64,000 nucleotides of DNA from an uncultured Oscillospiraceae bacterium (lineage in GTDB: Bacteria > Bacillota > Clostridia > Acetivibrionales > DTU013): positions 8,837 to 72,836 of the forward strand of contig CAZBEQ010000010.1 in the NCBI GenBank assembly GCA_964490975.1. The letters are read 5' to 3'. The notes under the pieces were generated by a model that saw only the letters and a program-made list of their open reading frames with translations, ran no database searches and was not told the DNA's origin. Positions 37,964 to 48,050 of the stretch are shown here, piece by piece; the first letter of the stretch is position 1, and the number at the start of each line of letters is the position of its first letter. Position numbers and translations under genes: made by a program.

Positions 37964-40900
37964 CTAATTGTTAGTTCCATTCAATCCAATTCTCTTTCGA
38001 ATTTCTGAATCGGCTTTTGGAAGTGCATTGGACAACATTTTATCCGAGATTGCTACAGCATCTGCAGGAATGCGAGAATATGTAGGGCTCCACATAGCTG
38101 GATATACAAAAATATCCCTTCTGGTCCCATCTGCAACAACGTAATGCTTTATCCCATCATCTTCAATTCTAAATTGAGATTTTAACTCATTCAGTGGTGC
38201 CAATAGTTCATGTTGCCTATCGAAAGATAATGGAGAAGGAAGAACAGATCCTTCACACCAATTGAGCAGATCCAATGCTGCAAACCTGTCCAATTTATCA
38301 TGGACTCGCTGATTCCAGAAATGCATTAGACATTCGTGACAGGCACTATCACAATCGGCTCTACATTCAGACAATACCTTTTTGGTTTCTACAAAGAGCT
38401 CCCGTGTCCGATCTGCCAGCGCAGCACAATAACCAGCCCCACTTGATAGACTGTCAAACAGGAAAACATCAATATATGTTTTACCTGCTGCATATCTCAA
38501 CCGATATCCACTTTTGATATCATTAAACTCAATGTCCAGTAAACGTCCACCAGCAAGAATCATTGCTTCTGCAAGGGTTTGACCAGCAGTGCGAATCCAC
38601 ATTCCATCAGGGTTGTCATTGACCAGTAAGGGATTTATGGCAATTTCATACACTACAAGGTCAGTTAAAAACTGATGTCCCAGGTATGTATTAACAATAC
38701 CCGATGAATGGGGGCAGTTATAAATTTTATGTGGATGACGGTAAGGTTTGTCAATCTTTTTTAATTCTTTCTCATCATCTCCAGGAACAGCAGCACCACA
38801 ATCTTTACATACCATAAAGCCCTTTGATTTCGGGCCCTTATTAAGAATAATGAGCGGCTCATCTGACCTTCTTGAATACCTTAGATTTTTAAATTCGGCA
38901 GGCTTAATCATTTCAACATCAGCAGGTGTTATGGAATAACACGGGTCTTCTGCATAAGTCATTTCACTATCGGAATCAATTTCTCGAGAACTTCTACCGC
39001 CTACTGGAGCAAAGCCCCATGGCTTAAGAAGATTTTGCTCCTTAATACTTGCTTGTCCACAGAATGGACAGACATCATGGTGCAGAAGGCCCATCCAATT
39101 ACATGCTCGGTTTCCGCAGTAGAAAAGCTGTCTAAAGTAATCCTTACTACTAAAGAATGGACGTGCAGGATGCTCCTGATTACCAGCACGAAATTTCGAG
39201 TGGAAACTGTATATACCGCCCGACTTATATGTGGTCTTATTGACTACTACCAGTCTGCCGGGAGCATATTCAGTGATAGCAATATCTAAGGCTCTATCCG
39301 GCATTTGCTCTATTTCTGAGCCTTTATAGTTCTCAATATAGAAGCCAACTACATTTTTGGGGAAGGAATAGGTCGGGAAAATTCCGACTTCCAACATTAC
39401 GTCGAGAACACTTTTTTCGGAGTTCTCATCACTCCTATATTCATCTGGAAACGCTTGAACCTTTGTGAATAAATCATCCATCTCTTGGACAATGTGCGCT
39501 TTGTACTTATCAATTTCCATTACCACCCCGGCTGGCAAAAGCTTACTAAGCTCGGATGAGGAGAAATCCTTCTGAGCAATATGTTTCTTAAATTCTTCAT
39601 AGTATGAGTTAAAGAATTCGCAAACGCCAATGTCATCAGCACCTTTGCAGATGGTCCCAAAGTATTCAGAAAAACATATAACATTCAGGTGTCGCGATGT
39701 CAGCTTCATGTTGTTTACATCGATCCAGGGAAGGCGGGGTTCACCGGAAATGATTTTATCTGGGTTATAAAAATAGTAGCTATCATGAGGACGGTTATCA
39801 GTATAAGTCAGAATCGTTGAAATTGCAGCACTTCGACGTCCTGCTCGCCCAGCTCGCTGCTGATAGTTTTCCCGCATTGGAGGAATGTTACGGAGACCAA
39901 CTGCTGTCAGGGAACCGATATCAATACCGACCTCCATAGTAGTTGTACAACTAAGGACATCCACAGGCCTGTCATTGTTAACATGGACATTTTGAAACCG
40001 CATTTCGAAGTCTTCCGTCGTTGACCACGTCTTCTGTCGTTGATCCTTATGGGATAGTTGAGCCGTATGCTCTTCGGTATTGATTCTGGTCATCAGAGCC
40101 TGTGGTTCACCGTGAACCGCCGCAATTACAGGTGATCTCCAGAAGTTAACTCCTCCAAAATTCTTTACTGTCATAAGTTTCGGTATACCCACCCCGCAGT
40201 GTGCGCATTTGCCCCAAAGCATAAAAGGGAAGATTCCGCTACAGCGAGAGCATTTATACCAATCGTGATGCTCACCAAATTGCAATGTCACCATATCTAG
40301 GTTCAAATACTTGTTTGCTGTATCACTCCCTTTTGACAGGAATTTAGCAAGAGCTTCCGCTATAACCTTTATTTGTTCTCCTGTATAATTCTGTGCCTTA
40401 AGCATCCGCTCAATTCTTTGCGGTAATTTTCTGTCATCCTCAACACCCAAACGTTGATAATATGGTGTCACATCACGGCGTACCTTATCTGCAATTTCCG
40501 AGCCCAGCGCATAGGATGAGGTCATAATCTCCATACTCCACGCTGCAAACAATTTCTTGAAATCCTCTATAGAAATACCAATGTCAGCACTTTCAAATAA
40601 CTCGATAATTTCATCGAAGGTTTCATCTATGTCATAAGGCTCTAGCCAGCACATCCCAATATCCGTTAATGAACGGAAGTTACTGCACATCTGCCTGAGG
40701 AGATGCTCATAATATTGCTCTGGAATGGATTTGAACTCAGATTTCTTCGATGCCATCAAATAATTGATAGAGCCACCCTTCTTTTGAAAATACCTTCCCA
40801 TCGCTTCAAGGGCGTCGCGAAGCTCTTGCTCATTACTGCCATAAAAAAACCTTAAATTATTTTCATAGGCAACTTTAAGAAATGCCACGTACAAAAGGTT

Positions 40901-43216
40901 AAGAGTGGGGTCATTATGAGTTTTCGTTGCCCATATCTGCAACTCATTGGCAGCAACAGTCAACGCCTTCTTCATTGCATCTTCATCGGCTGCACGAGTT
41001 AGGTCTTTTGCCAATACTGCGGCCCGCTGGCGGCTATCAGAGAATAGCAACACCTTTCTCCCCTTATTAACAAGGTTTTGAAGTTTTGGGTTCGGCGGTT
41101 GCACATGAAACTGTTCGGACACTAGGTTGAAGAACGGCTCATCGCCTTTTGTGGAGAAGTCAGTAGCTTTGAAATGAGACTTGTTACAGTTGGGACAGGT
41201 CTTAAAGGTCAGAAGATCGGGGCGCCCCTTTATTTCTGCAGTATGATATGCGACATACAGAAAACCATTTTCTCCAGTGTGATCATCATTGTAAAGGCGA
41301 CCTGTCTTGCTATTCAGCCAGGCCACTTCCACCTCATCCTTTGGTTTTGGAAAACTACCATCCTGCGGAATAATGTAATAGTGAACTTCTTTGAAATTTT
41401 CATCGAATTGCGCACCTGTTTGATTCCAGACGAATGGAGTAAGCTTCTCGCTTTTATCACGGTAACCTCTGAAAAATAGAGCACCACAGGTACGTTCGTT
41501 CATCAGTTCATATATCATGCCGCCACAGTTACAGCGCTGATATTGCGTATTCAAATACACCCGTCCGAATCCAAGCATGGGGTTGGTATTAACAGTTTCG
41601 GTACAGTTAGGGTTGGAACAGGCATAAATACCCTGCAATCCACGGAACATCATATGTAATCTTGCTGGAAACAAAACATGCTCGTCCGAATTTTTTGCCA
41701 TCGGAGCGATTGCCAGTAAAACACTTGTTGCTTTCTCGGCAATTGATTGCTCAACATTTGGAAACGTGGATGCTGAAAGTTGTTCAAACCTTGTAGCATG
41801 GCCACGTGATTTGTCCATGATACGGAGCATTGGATCAGAAACAGATAGTTCCCTGTAAAGCCATTGTTCAACCTCTTTCTCTGATGAGAAATCACATTTG
41901 CTACTGAAGCCTGCTAATCTTCCTAACTCCTCCAAGGCTTTAATGCGTTCTGGCCACTCCCCCTGCAGCCTGTCAATGTCAAAATCCTTAAATAAGGACG
42001 GATCAATTTCTTTGCTTGTATAGACAATTTCATCTACCTCGCCGGTGATCAAAGAAAAGGTATCGTGTGAAGGATCCTGCGCACTCAGCTCGCAAGCGAA
42101 TTTCTTAACAGAATCTTCTTTCCCTGAAGGAATACTTGCGCTTGTAAGTATGAATTGAACCCTGTCTCGGCCAATTCCAAGCTTATAAAGGACACGTCTA
42201 ACGAGAAGCGCAACTTCACCACCGGAGGATCCCCGATACATATGTGCTTCATCTATGATAAACAGTAGTTTTTCTGAGCTCTTTTCTAGCCATTCTTTTG
42301 TCTTTGACCATATACCCTGCTCAATCGGCCGCATAAGCATATATTCTAACATAGAATAGTTCGTGATCAATATATCCGGACAGGACTGATGCATCTCATG
42401 GCGCATAATCAATTCCGCGTCATTCGAATCTGTGTATGGCTGAACATTAGTACGAAGTTGTTCGATAAAAGCTTCCAAGTTATGCTTTGACGGATATTTC
42501 CCCAGATCGACAAGTTGAGCCTTTATCTCATCGCTTTGTTGAACCAAATCCCTTTCTAGAGTATCAGCTAGACCTCTATTTTGGTCAAGATTAGGCCTTC
42601 CTGGATAAGGCGTTCTGCCTGTGTACATACCAAACTGCGGGAAACGCCTGTCAGGTGCTATTTCAGATAAGAACTCATGAAATCCATACTGATCTTGTCG
42701 ATTTCCAATCATCCTGCGAAGTCTACCCAGTTGGTCAGAAACCAATGCATTCATGGGATAAAGCATGATTGCCCGCACGCCGCGCACTTTCCATGAGTCG
42801 GGAGATTGAACAGCTTCCCTGACTATTTTGCTTACCATGGGCCACATAAAGCATTCTGTCTTACCTGAACCTGTACCGGTTGCTATGAACAAATCCCGAC
42901 CTTCATAAAAATCCTCAAGTGCCTTTACTTGGTGCTGATAGGGGTGAGGGAATACACCCAGACCTTTTTCTGACATAGTAGTCAGAATTTCTTTTAGCCC
43001 ATTTTCAAGAGAACTATTCTGAATTCCGTTTTTACACAGCTTGTACGACACACTGGCTTCTATGTATGGTTCCTGATAAAGAATTTTATTTTCCTGGATT
43101 TCAGTTTCGCAAGCCTTTCGTAATTCGTCATTCTTACCTAGATAATCCGTATTGATATAATCCCTGAATCTATTCTTTAGCGCTTCATGTGTGCTTTTAA
43201 CACCATACTTATCCAT
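37964..43216 (-). CDS. Giant SF2 DEXH helicase with zinc-ribbon insertions and a DUF1998-like C-terminal domain (MrfA/DruE-like architecture)
   Basis: 1750 aa. Motif I ATGTGSGKT (42857-42883), motif II DEAH (42242-42253), motif VI QQRAGRAGRR (about 39833-39862). C-terminal cluster CRADCDSACHECLMHFWNQRVHDKLDR (about 38284-38366). RBS GAGGAGG lies inside the end of the upstream gene. Confidence 0.9.
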   Translation of the reverse strand: MDKYGVKSTHEALKNRFRDYINTDYLGKNDELRKACETEIQENKILYQEPYIEASVSYKLCKNGIQNSSLENGLKEILTTMSEKGLGVFPHPYQHQVKALEDFYEGRDLFIATGTGSGKTECFMWPMVSKIVREAVQSPDSWKVRGVRAIMLYPMNALVSDQLGRLRRMIGNRQDQYGFHEFLSEIAPDRRFPQFGMYTGRTPYPGRPNLDQNRGLADTLERDLVQQSDEIKAQLVDLGKYPSKHNLEAFIEQLRTNVQPYTDSNDAELIMRHEMHQSCPDILITNYSMLEYMLMRPIEQGIWSKTKEWLEKSSEKLLFIIDEAHMYRGSSGGEVALLVRRVLYKLGIGRDRVQFILTSASIPSGKEDSVKKFACELSAQDPSHDTFSLITGEVDEIVYTSKEIDPSLFKDFDIDRLQGEWPERIKALEELGRLAGFSSKCDFSSEKEVEQWLYRELSVSDPMLRIMDKSRGHATRFEQLSASTFPNVEQSIAEKATSVLLAIAPMAKNSDEHVLFPARLHMMFRGLQGIYACSNPNCTETVNTNPMLGFGRVYLNTQYQRCNCGGMIYELMNERTCGALFFRGYRDKSEKLTPFVWNQTGAQFDENFKEVHYYIIPQDGSFPKPKDEVEVAWLNSKTGRLYNDDHTGENGFLYVAYHTAEIKGRPDLLTFKTCPNCNKSHFKATDFSTKGDEPFFNLVSEQFHVQPPNPKLQNLVNKGRKVLLFSDSRQRAAVLAKDLTRAADEDAMKKALTVAANELQIWATKTHNDPTLNLLYVAFLKVAYENNLRFFYGSNEQELRDALEAMGRYFQKKGGSINYLMASKKSEFKSIPEQYYEHLLRQMCSNFRSLTDIGMCWLEPYDIDETFDEIIELFESADIGISIEDFKKLFAAWSMEIMTSSYALGSEIADKVRRDVTPYYQRLGVEDDRKLPQRIERMLKAQNYTGEQIKVIAEALAKFLSKGSDTANKYLNLDMVTLQFGEHHDWYKCSRCSGIFPFMLWGKCAHCGVGIPKLMTVKNFGGVNFWRSPVIAAVHGEPQALMTRINTEEHTAQLSHKDQRQKTWSTTEDFEMRFQNVHVNNDRPVDVLSCTTTMEVGIDIGSLTAVGLRNIPPMRENYQQRAGRAGRRSAAISTILTYTDNRPHDSYYFYNPDKIISGEPRLPWIDVNNMKLTSRHLNVICFSEYFGTICKGADDIGVCEFFNSYYEEFKKHIAQKDFSSSELSKLLPAGVVMEIDKYKAHIVQEMDDLFTKVQAFPDEYRSDENSEKSVLDVMLEVGIFPTYSFPKNVVGFYIENYKGSEIEQMPDRALDIAITEYAPGRLVVVNKTTYKSGGIYSFHSKFRAGNQEHPARPFFSSKDYFRQLFYCGNRACNWMGLLHHDVCPFCGQASIKEQNLLKPWGFAPVGGRSSREIDSDSEMTYAEDPCYSITPADVEMIKPAEFKNLRYSRRSDEPLIILNKGPKSKGFMVCKDCGAAVPGDDEKELKKIDKPYRHPHKIYNCPHSSGIVNTYLGHQFLTDLVVYEIAINPLLVNDNPDGMWIRTAGQTLAEAMILAGGRLLDIEFNDIKSGYRLRYAAGKTYIDVFLFDSLSSGAGYCAALADRTRELFVETKKVLSECRADCDSACHECLMHFWNQRVHDKLDRFAALDLLNWCEGSVLPSPLSFDRQHELLAPLNELKSQFRIEDDGIKHYVVADGTRRDIFVYPAMWSPTYSRIPADAVAISDKMLSNALPKADSEIRKRIGLNGTNN

Positions 43217-43217
43217 G

Positions 43218-44225
43218 TCATACCTCCTCTATCTTAACTCCCATTCCTTCAATATGAGCCTTGACATAGGGCCAAATGAAATTAGGCATATCCCATTCCC
43301 CTCTGTCAACAATCGATCTATGTGGCCACGCAAATGTTTCAAGTATGATACGTTCTTTATCTGGCAGATAGGTTTTTATTAATAGCTTCACATGGTCATC
43401 ATATTCACATTTTTCTACTGGTACCGGGCTTTGGGCAATTGAACGCAGAGCAAACATGATACGTCTGTGTTCCCCCATCTTCTGCAAGTGTGTATCTACT
43501 TTGTGATAAGAAATAGCTCCATGCTCTTCCTTTTCGAGGAAATATTCGTATGCCCCATGGTGTAGCGGATGTCGTATTAGTATGACTGAATTGAATCTTC
43601 GACCTCTTCTCGAAGTCCAACAGGTATAGTTGCTGACTGAATCCATTTCTGCTTCAAAGTACTCCGTTCTATCATCTATACAATTTCCGGCCTTCCACCA
43701 AGCATTTTTAACATACTCCCGAAACCATTCAACTGTAGATACGATAGGTGATTTCAAATCATCCTTTATGGATGGAGCAGCAAGAGCGATCCCAGTATAA
43801 ATAAATCCAGTTTCCTTAAATGAACCAATAAGCTGCCGTACTCCATAACCAAGCTCGATTTCTTGCTTGATAGCGAGTCCAATATTTGTATCATATCCGA
43901 CATTCACCAAATCGCCATTTTGAAGTAGCCGTCGTCTGATGATATCGATTGGATCATCTTCATCTTTTATCTCGAACCATGCAACCGATTGTGGGAAGCG
44001 TAACAGCATTTCATTAAGAATATGGGAACATTTTTCGAAAATATGCTTTCTGCTCACTCCCTGCGTTGTCTTATCTGTTATGGATTGATCCACCGCAGCA
44101 GCTTTGACCCAACAAGACATGGCTGAATACAATATGCGATTGATATATTGTACTTCTGATTCATTACAGAATCTCTTTATATTAAGATCTCTGGCCATTG
44201 TTGCGATCATTTCATGAACTATCAT
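43218..44225 (-). CDS. Hypothetical protein (335 aa), third gene of the helicase operon
   Basis: Long ORF. Its stop lies 1 nt before the helicase ATG. I could recognise no motif. Confidence 0.8.
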   Translation of the reverse strand: MIVHEMIATMARDLNIKRFCNESEVQYINRILYSAMSCWVKAAAVDQSITDKTTQGVSRKHIFEKCSHILNEMLLRFPQSVAWFEIKDEDDPIDIIRRRLLQNGDLVNVGYDTNIGLAIKQEIELGYGVRQLIGSFKETGFIYTGIALAAPSIKDDLKSPIVSTVEWFREYVKNAWWKAGNCIDDRTEYFEAEMDSVSNYTCWTSRRGRRFNSVILIRHPLHHGAYEYFLEKEEHGAISYHKVDTHLQKMGEHRRIMFALRSIAQSPVPVEKCEYDDHVKLLIKTYLPDKERIILETFAWPHRSIVDRGEWDMPNFIWPYVKAHIEGMGVKIEEV

Positions 44226-44236
44226 ATCATTATTCT

Positions 44237-46333
44237 CTACAGATATTGGGCAAGAAGGTCAGTATATTTTTCATTCACTCCCAGTGCCTCTAAGATATCT
44301 GTAAGCCTATCCTCCTTGTGCCTTGCTTTTGCATTAACGCATAACTGTAGTAATACAAGCCAGTCGGATTTAATATCGCTATTTATATCAACCATGAGCT
44401 TTGCACACAATACAGCCGCAGTGTTGCTTAGGATACCTGCCTCTAGCAAGGGCTTCAGTAATTTTTTCTTCTCTTCTATTTCATTCTCTTTATAAAAACG
44501 CTCAAAGGGAAATCCTTTTACTGTAGCAGATTTCATTATCTCATTCTCACAATAATCAAAAGCCAAATCTATATCAAGGAATAACGCACTGGACCATACT
44601 GCCGAAGATAGCATACCTGCATCCACACCATCAGCAGCTATCAATAGAATTTTGTTGTTACACGAATCCTTTATCGCATGGAATACATTTTCACTAAAGC
44701 CGTCAAATACACCTGTCAAATACACAACTGGGCCATAAACATTTCTAATTCTATCTGTAATACCCGCCAGATCCGTATAACCCAAAGGAATATTGACAAT
44801 AGCTGCGCCTTCTCCGCAGAAGAGAACAGATAAGCAATTAGCAATAGACAATCCGTTACTTGATACAATAAGAGGCCTGCTATTCAAAGCGCAATGTACG
44901 ATGAGTTGTGCTATTTCATAGGCTTTGACTCTATATCCACATAACGCAAGGTTCTCAGCCAATTCTTCTTCTAAACTTTCTTTATCAATGATTTCAGTAT
45001 TAGAGCCTTCAATGCACTTTGGAATGCTTGTATACGAATGAATCGGAGAGCTACTTTTCTCTGTACCTCCGATACTGCGAACCAATGAGCTGATAGCAAC
45101 GTGATGAACAATTTTATCGGAGAAACCCCTAAGTTCGTTTTCGATATCAGCATTAATCTGTTCTAGTTTTCCCTTAGCTATCATTTGGTCGTTCTGAATC
45201 TGCTGGATTTCATTTTCAAGTTCTACTCGGCGCTTATCTGCCTGTTCTGCTGAGGCAATAATCGTATCACGCCTTAGGGATTCCGTAGCGACTTCTCGAC
45301 TAAACTTTTCAATTTCTGCAAGTAGTGCTTCCTTCTCCGTATTCTTTTCAGAAAGCCATTGCCCTTTAGCAATATCAACGCATTTCTGCCTGACATCAAC
45401 TATTTTGAAAAGGTTCTGGGATATAATACGGTCAGCATCAGTATCATTCAAGAGTGTTTTGCAGATTTCATCAGCATACCTGGGTAAAACCTCTCCTAGC
45501 TGAGTCAGATCATAACCAGTAACTTGGAAGTAATTTTGCACTTGATCGTAATCACATATGATTTCTCTAATACATATTGAGATATTCTGGATATCATGAT
45601 CAGATAATTGTAACATAGCTTTCTTCTGCTTTAAGCACTTAGAAATGTAGTGAGGCACATATCTCTGTAAATCAAGTAATGGAAAATTGCATATTTTTTT
45701 AGGCAAGTCCGTGTAGCGATAAAAGTATCTGGTCGGAACCTTTCCACCGTCAGCATCTGTGATCAAAGAGTTATCTGTATCAAGTACATCCGGTTTATCT
45801 ATATAGTATTCATCTAGGTAATGGATTGAGTGCAGCATATCCGACATACTTGAATGTATCTTATAAATAGAACCTGTATGTATCATGTTCTTTTTGGAGC
45901 AATGAAGAGCTACATATTGCGACGAAATGCTGCCTATAATGATAAGCAGCTCGTCTCCCGCATTTTTATCAATCATGATCCCATCGAATAGAACCTCCCG
46001 AATCCTACTCTGATCTGTAATATCAATTGTGTTTAATTCTTGCGGAAATATCACCTCGTAAACATTGGCGGGATATCTAGTTGATATGGTTCGATTACTA
46101 CCATCCTCCTTGAATCCCCACTCACGGATCACTGCCATGTTTGCTGCGGCATCTTTAGGCAATGCTCCAATAATTCTGGGATAGGTCAAGTCCTCTTCAC
46201 TGACAGAAAAAAATGTAGCTGGTGTTAAGCTACGTGTATCGATGTCATAATCAGCAATACGAAAAAACAAATATTGACCTAACATATTCTTATTTGGATA
46301 TGTTACACACAAGGAATATCTTTTTTCAGACAT
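44237..46333 (-). CDS. Hypothetical protein (698 aa) with a central coiled coil, second gene of the helicase operon
   Basis: The ATG directly abuts the stop of the upstream gene. A heptad-rich segment is present (EKEALLAEIEKFSREV...RRVELENEIQQIQNDQMIAKGKLEQINADIENEL). No Walker A was seen. Confidence 0.8.
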   Translation of the reverse strand: MSEKRYSLCVTYPNKNMLGQYLFFRIADYDIDTRSLTPATFFSVSEEDLTYPRIIGALPKDAAANMAVIREWGFKEDGSNRTISTRYPANVYEVIFPQELNTIDITDQSRIREVLFDGIMIDKNAGDELLIIIGSISSQYVALHCSKKNMIHTGSIYKIHSSMSDMLHSIHYLDEYYIDKPDVLDTDNSLITDADGGKVPTRYFYRYTDLPKKICNFPLLDLQRYVPHYISKCLKQKKAMLQLSDHDIQNISICIREIICDYDQVQNYFQVTGYDLTQLGEVLPRYADEICKTLLNDTDADRIISQNLFKIVDVRQKCVDIAKGQWLSEKNTEKEALLAEIEKFSREVATESLRRDTIIASAEQADKRRVELENEIQQIQNDQMIAKGKLEQINADIENELRGFSDKIVHHVAISSLVRSIGGTEKSSSPIHSYTSIPKCIEGSNTEIIDKESLEEELAENLALCGYRVKAYEIAQLIVHCALNSRPLIVSSNGLSIANCLSVLFCGEGAAIVNIPLGYTDLAGITDRIRNVYGPVVYLTGVFDGFSENVFHAIKDSCNNKILLIAADGVDAGMLSSAVWSSALFLDIDLAFDYCENEIMKSATVKGFPFERFYKENEIEEKKKLLKPLLEAGILSNTAAVLCAKLMVDINSDIKSDWLVLLQLCVNAKARHKEDRLTDILEALGVNEKYTDLLAQYL

Positions 46334-47944
46334 TTATACCATCCCCCTAATATCTGCCAGGTATCTTAAGGCCCCTGTATGCATATTGCCGCAATTGATC
46401 ATATTCTTAAGTACGCTGGTAAACTCTGTATATTCATGTTCTATCATTAACTTTACATATTGGCGTACCCATCCAGGAATCGGCACTTCGGTTCCTTTCG
46501 CGCTCGATAGAAGTCCCTTCGCCAAGACATGATCTTCGAAAATATCAACAGAACTTTCTGGCTTTTTAAAAGATATACCAAATATCTTTCTTGACTCGAC
46601 ATAAATATCGAGGTTATCATGAATGTTTAAATCCGTTATACTTACTGTCTGAGCATCACGAAAAGAAATATGCTTGTATTGCTCCCTCCTATTCTTATGA
46701 TACAATTCCGCCTTGGCGTTCAATGAAAGGCTTATACCACCTTCTATTACACTAGTCGGTAGAGGCAAACAAAAATCCATTGCATTTCCTTCCTTGTCCA
46801 CTACTGAAAGCGAGTAGCAATTCTTTGATGAAGTTAATAGCCTCTTTCTATATATACTTTCAACCCCCACATATTTTCTGTCTACTGAAGCTATGATTTG
46901 GGGTCCATAAAACAGTAAGGCTACTGAATAGTTTCCACTTCCATCACTTTCTACTTGGGCAGTCGATACACTCGCTCCATTGTATGTATAAACTTTGGGA
47001 ATATCATTACCACTTATAGCAGCGCAGAATATTTTTGCCGCTTGCAGTACAGGAACCAATCCTTCGTTTTCGGCAACAGGAGGCCAGAGTGTAATCAACT
47101 CAGGAGATTTCTCAAGTAACCATACTCCAAATATGGATTTCAAGTAGTTGTTGATCCCTGCAAACCTTGACGGATTAGTGGTTGAAGCATTTATTCGAAT
47201 CACATAAACGTTATACAAATAATTATCAAGATACATAGTACCAGCAATACGATTATTGATTTCGGGATAGGACGGTGGGGGCCTTCGTGTTATCAAGAAA
47301 TACTCCTTTTCAGTCGTGATACAATCGCCACGCCTGATCTTCTTTCCACCTGATTCTGTATAGGTAAAAATAGCACTTTCATTTTGAAAGCCGTCAGCAT
47401 AATCAGACCATACCGCTCGTAGCTTCGAAGAGACTGCTGACTCAGAATAGTTTATCGAATAATTCTGCCCATTTGGCGGTATAAAGTCAACCGGAACTAG
47501 AGTTGTCTGATCCTCATAGAAGTTCGTTCGTGTTATTGGTATCAATCGTTCTGTTCTACCATGAGAAACTCCATTGCTGATCTTTATTTGAACCTTGTCT
47601 TCAAAAGCTCGTTGAAAAAGAACCTCCCCCAGAGAAGGAAAGCCAAAATATAGCTTGAATGAGCTTTCAGAATTACATTTGAGATAAAGCGGTAGACCTA
47701 CCCGTTCATAAAGAGTCAAACCCGATCTTCCATCGACCCGTTTATCGCATTCCGGTGATGCTTGCGAGCGGTTGTGATGGCGGAAATAGGCAGTAGTATC
47801 AACTCTTTCAACAAGAGTAACAGTCTCATTGCACTCAGGGCAGCTAAACCGTCCAGTACGAAAACAATGCTTATCTTGAACTATATCAGAGGCGGATACT
47901 TCGCGCTGCTTGCCGATCTCATAGTTATCGATTGCATATAGCAT
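46334..47944 (-). CDS. Hypothetical protein with an N-terminal CoiA-like zinc finger, first gene of the helicase operon
   Basis: CPECNETVTLVERVDTTAYFRHHNRSQASPEC resembles the CxxC...HF(A/R)H...C element of CoiA-type proteins. The ATG at 47942-47944 is preceded by GGGAGA. The track ORF begins at a TTG at 48001. Confidence 0.75.
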   Translation of the reverse strand: MLYAIDNYEIGKQREVSASDIVQDKHCFRTGRFSCPECNETVTLVERVDTTAYFRHHNRSQASPECDKRVDGRSGLTLYERVGLPLYLKCNSESSFKLYFGFPSLGEVLFQRAFEDKVQIKISNGVSHGRTERLIPITRTNFYEDQTTLVPVDFIPPNGQNYSINYSESAVSSKLRAVWSDYADGFQNESAIFTYTESGGKKIRRGDCITTEKEYFLITRRPPPSYPEINNRIAGTMYLDNYLYNVYVIRINASTTNPSRFAGINNYLKSIFGVWLLEKSPELITLWPPVAENEGLVPVLQAAKIFCAAISGNDIPKVYTYNGASVSTAQVESDGSGNYSVALLFYGPQIIASVDRKYVGVESIYRKRLLTSSKNCYSLSVVDKEGNAMDFCLPLPTSVIEGGISLSLNAKAELYHKNRREQYKHISFRDAQTVSITDLNIHDNLDIYVESRKIFGISFKKPESSVDIFEDHVLAKGLLSSAKGTEVPIPGWVRQYVKLMIEHEYTEFTSVLKNMINCGNMHTGALRYLADIRGMV

Positions 47945-48030
47945 TGTATGTCTCCCACAATAAAAGCTCTCAAATATAGTAACCACGATTTTTTGTATCA
48001 ATCGTAATGATTTTTACAGTAATGGTGGAA

Positions 48031-48046
48031 TTACAAATATTTGTAA
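48031..48046. promoter_or_regulatory. 16-bp perfect palindrome TTACAAATATTTGTAA (candidate operator)
   Basis: Lies 4 nt downstream of the predicted -10 of the operon promoter. Confidence 0.55.
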
Positions 48047-48050
48047 CATA

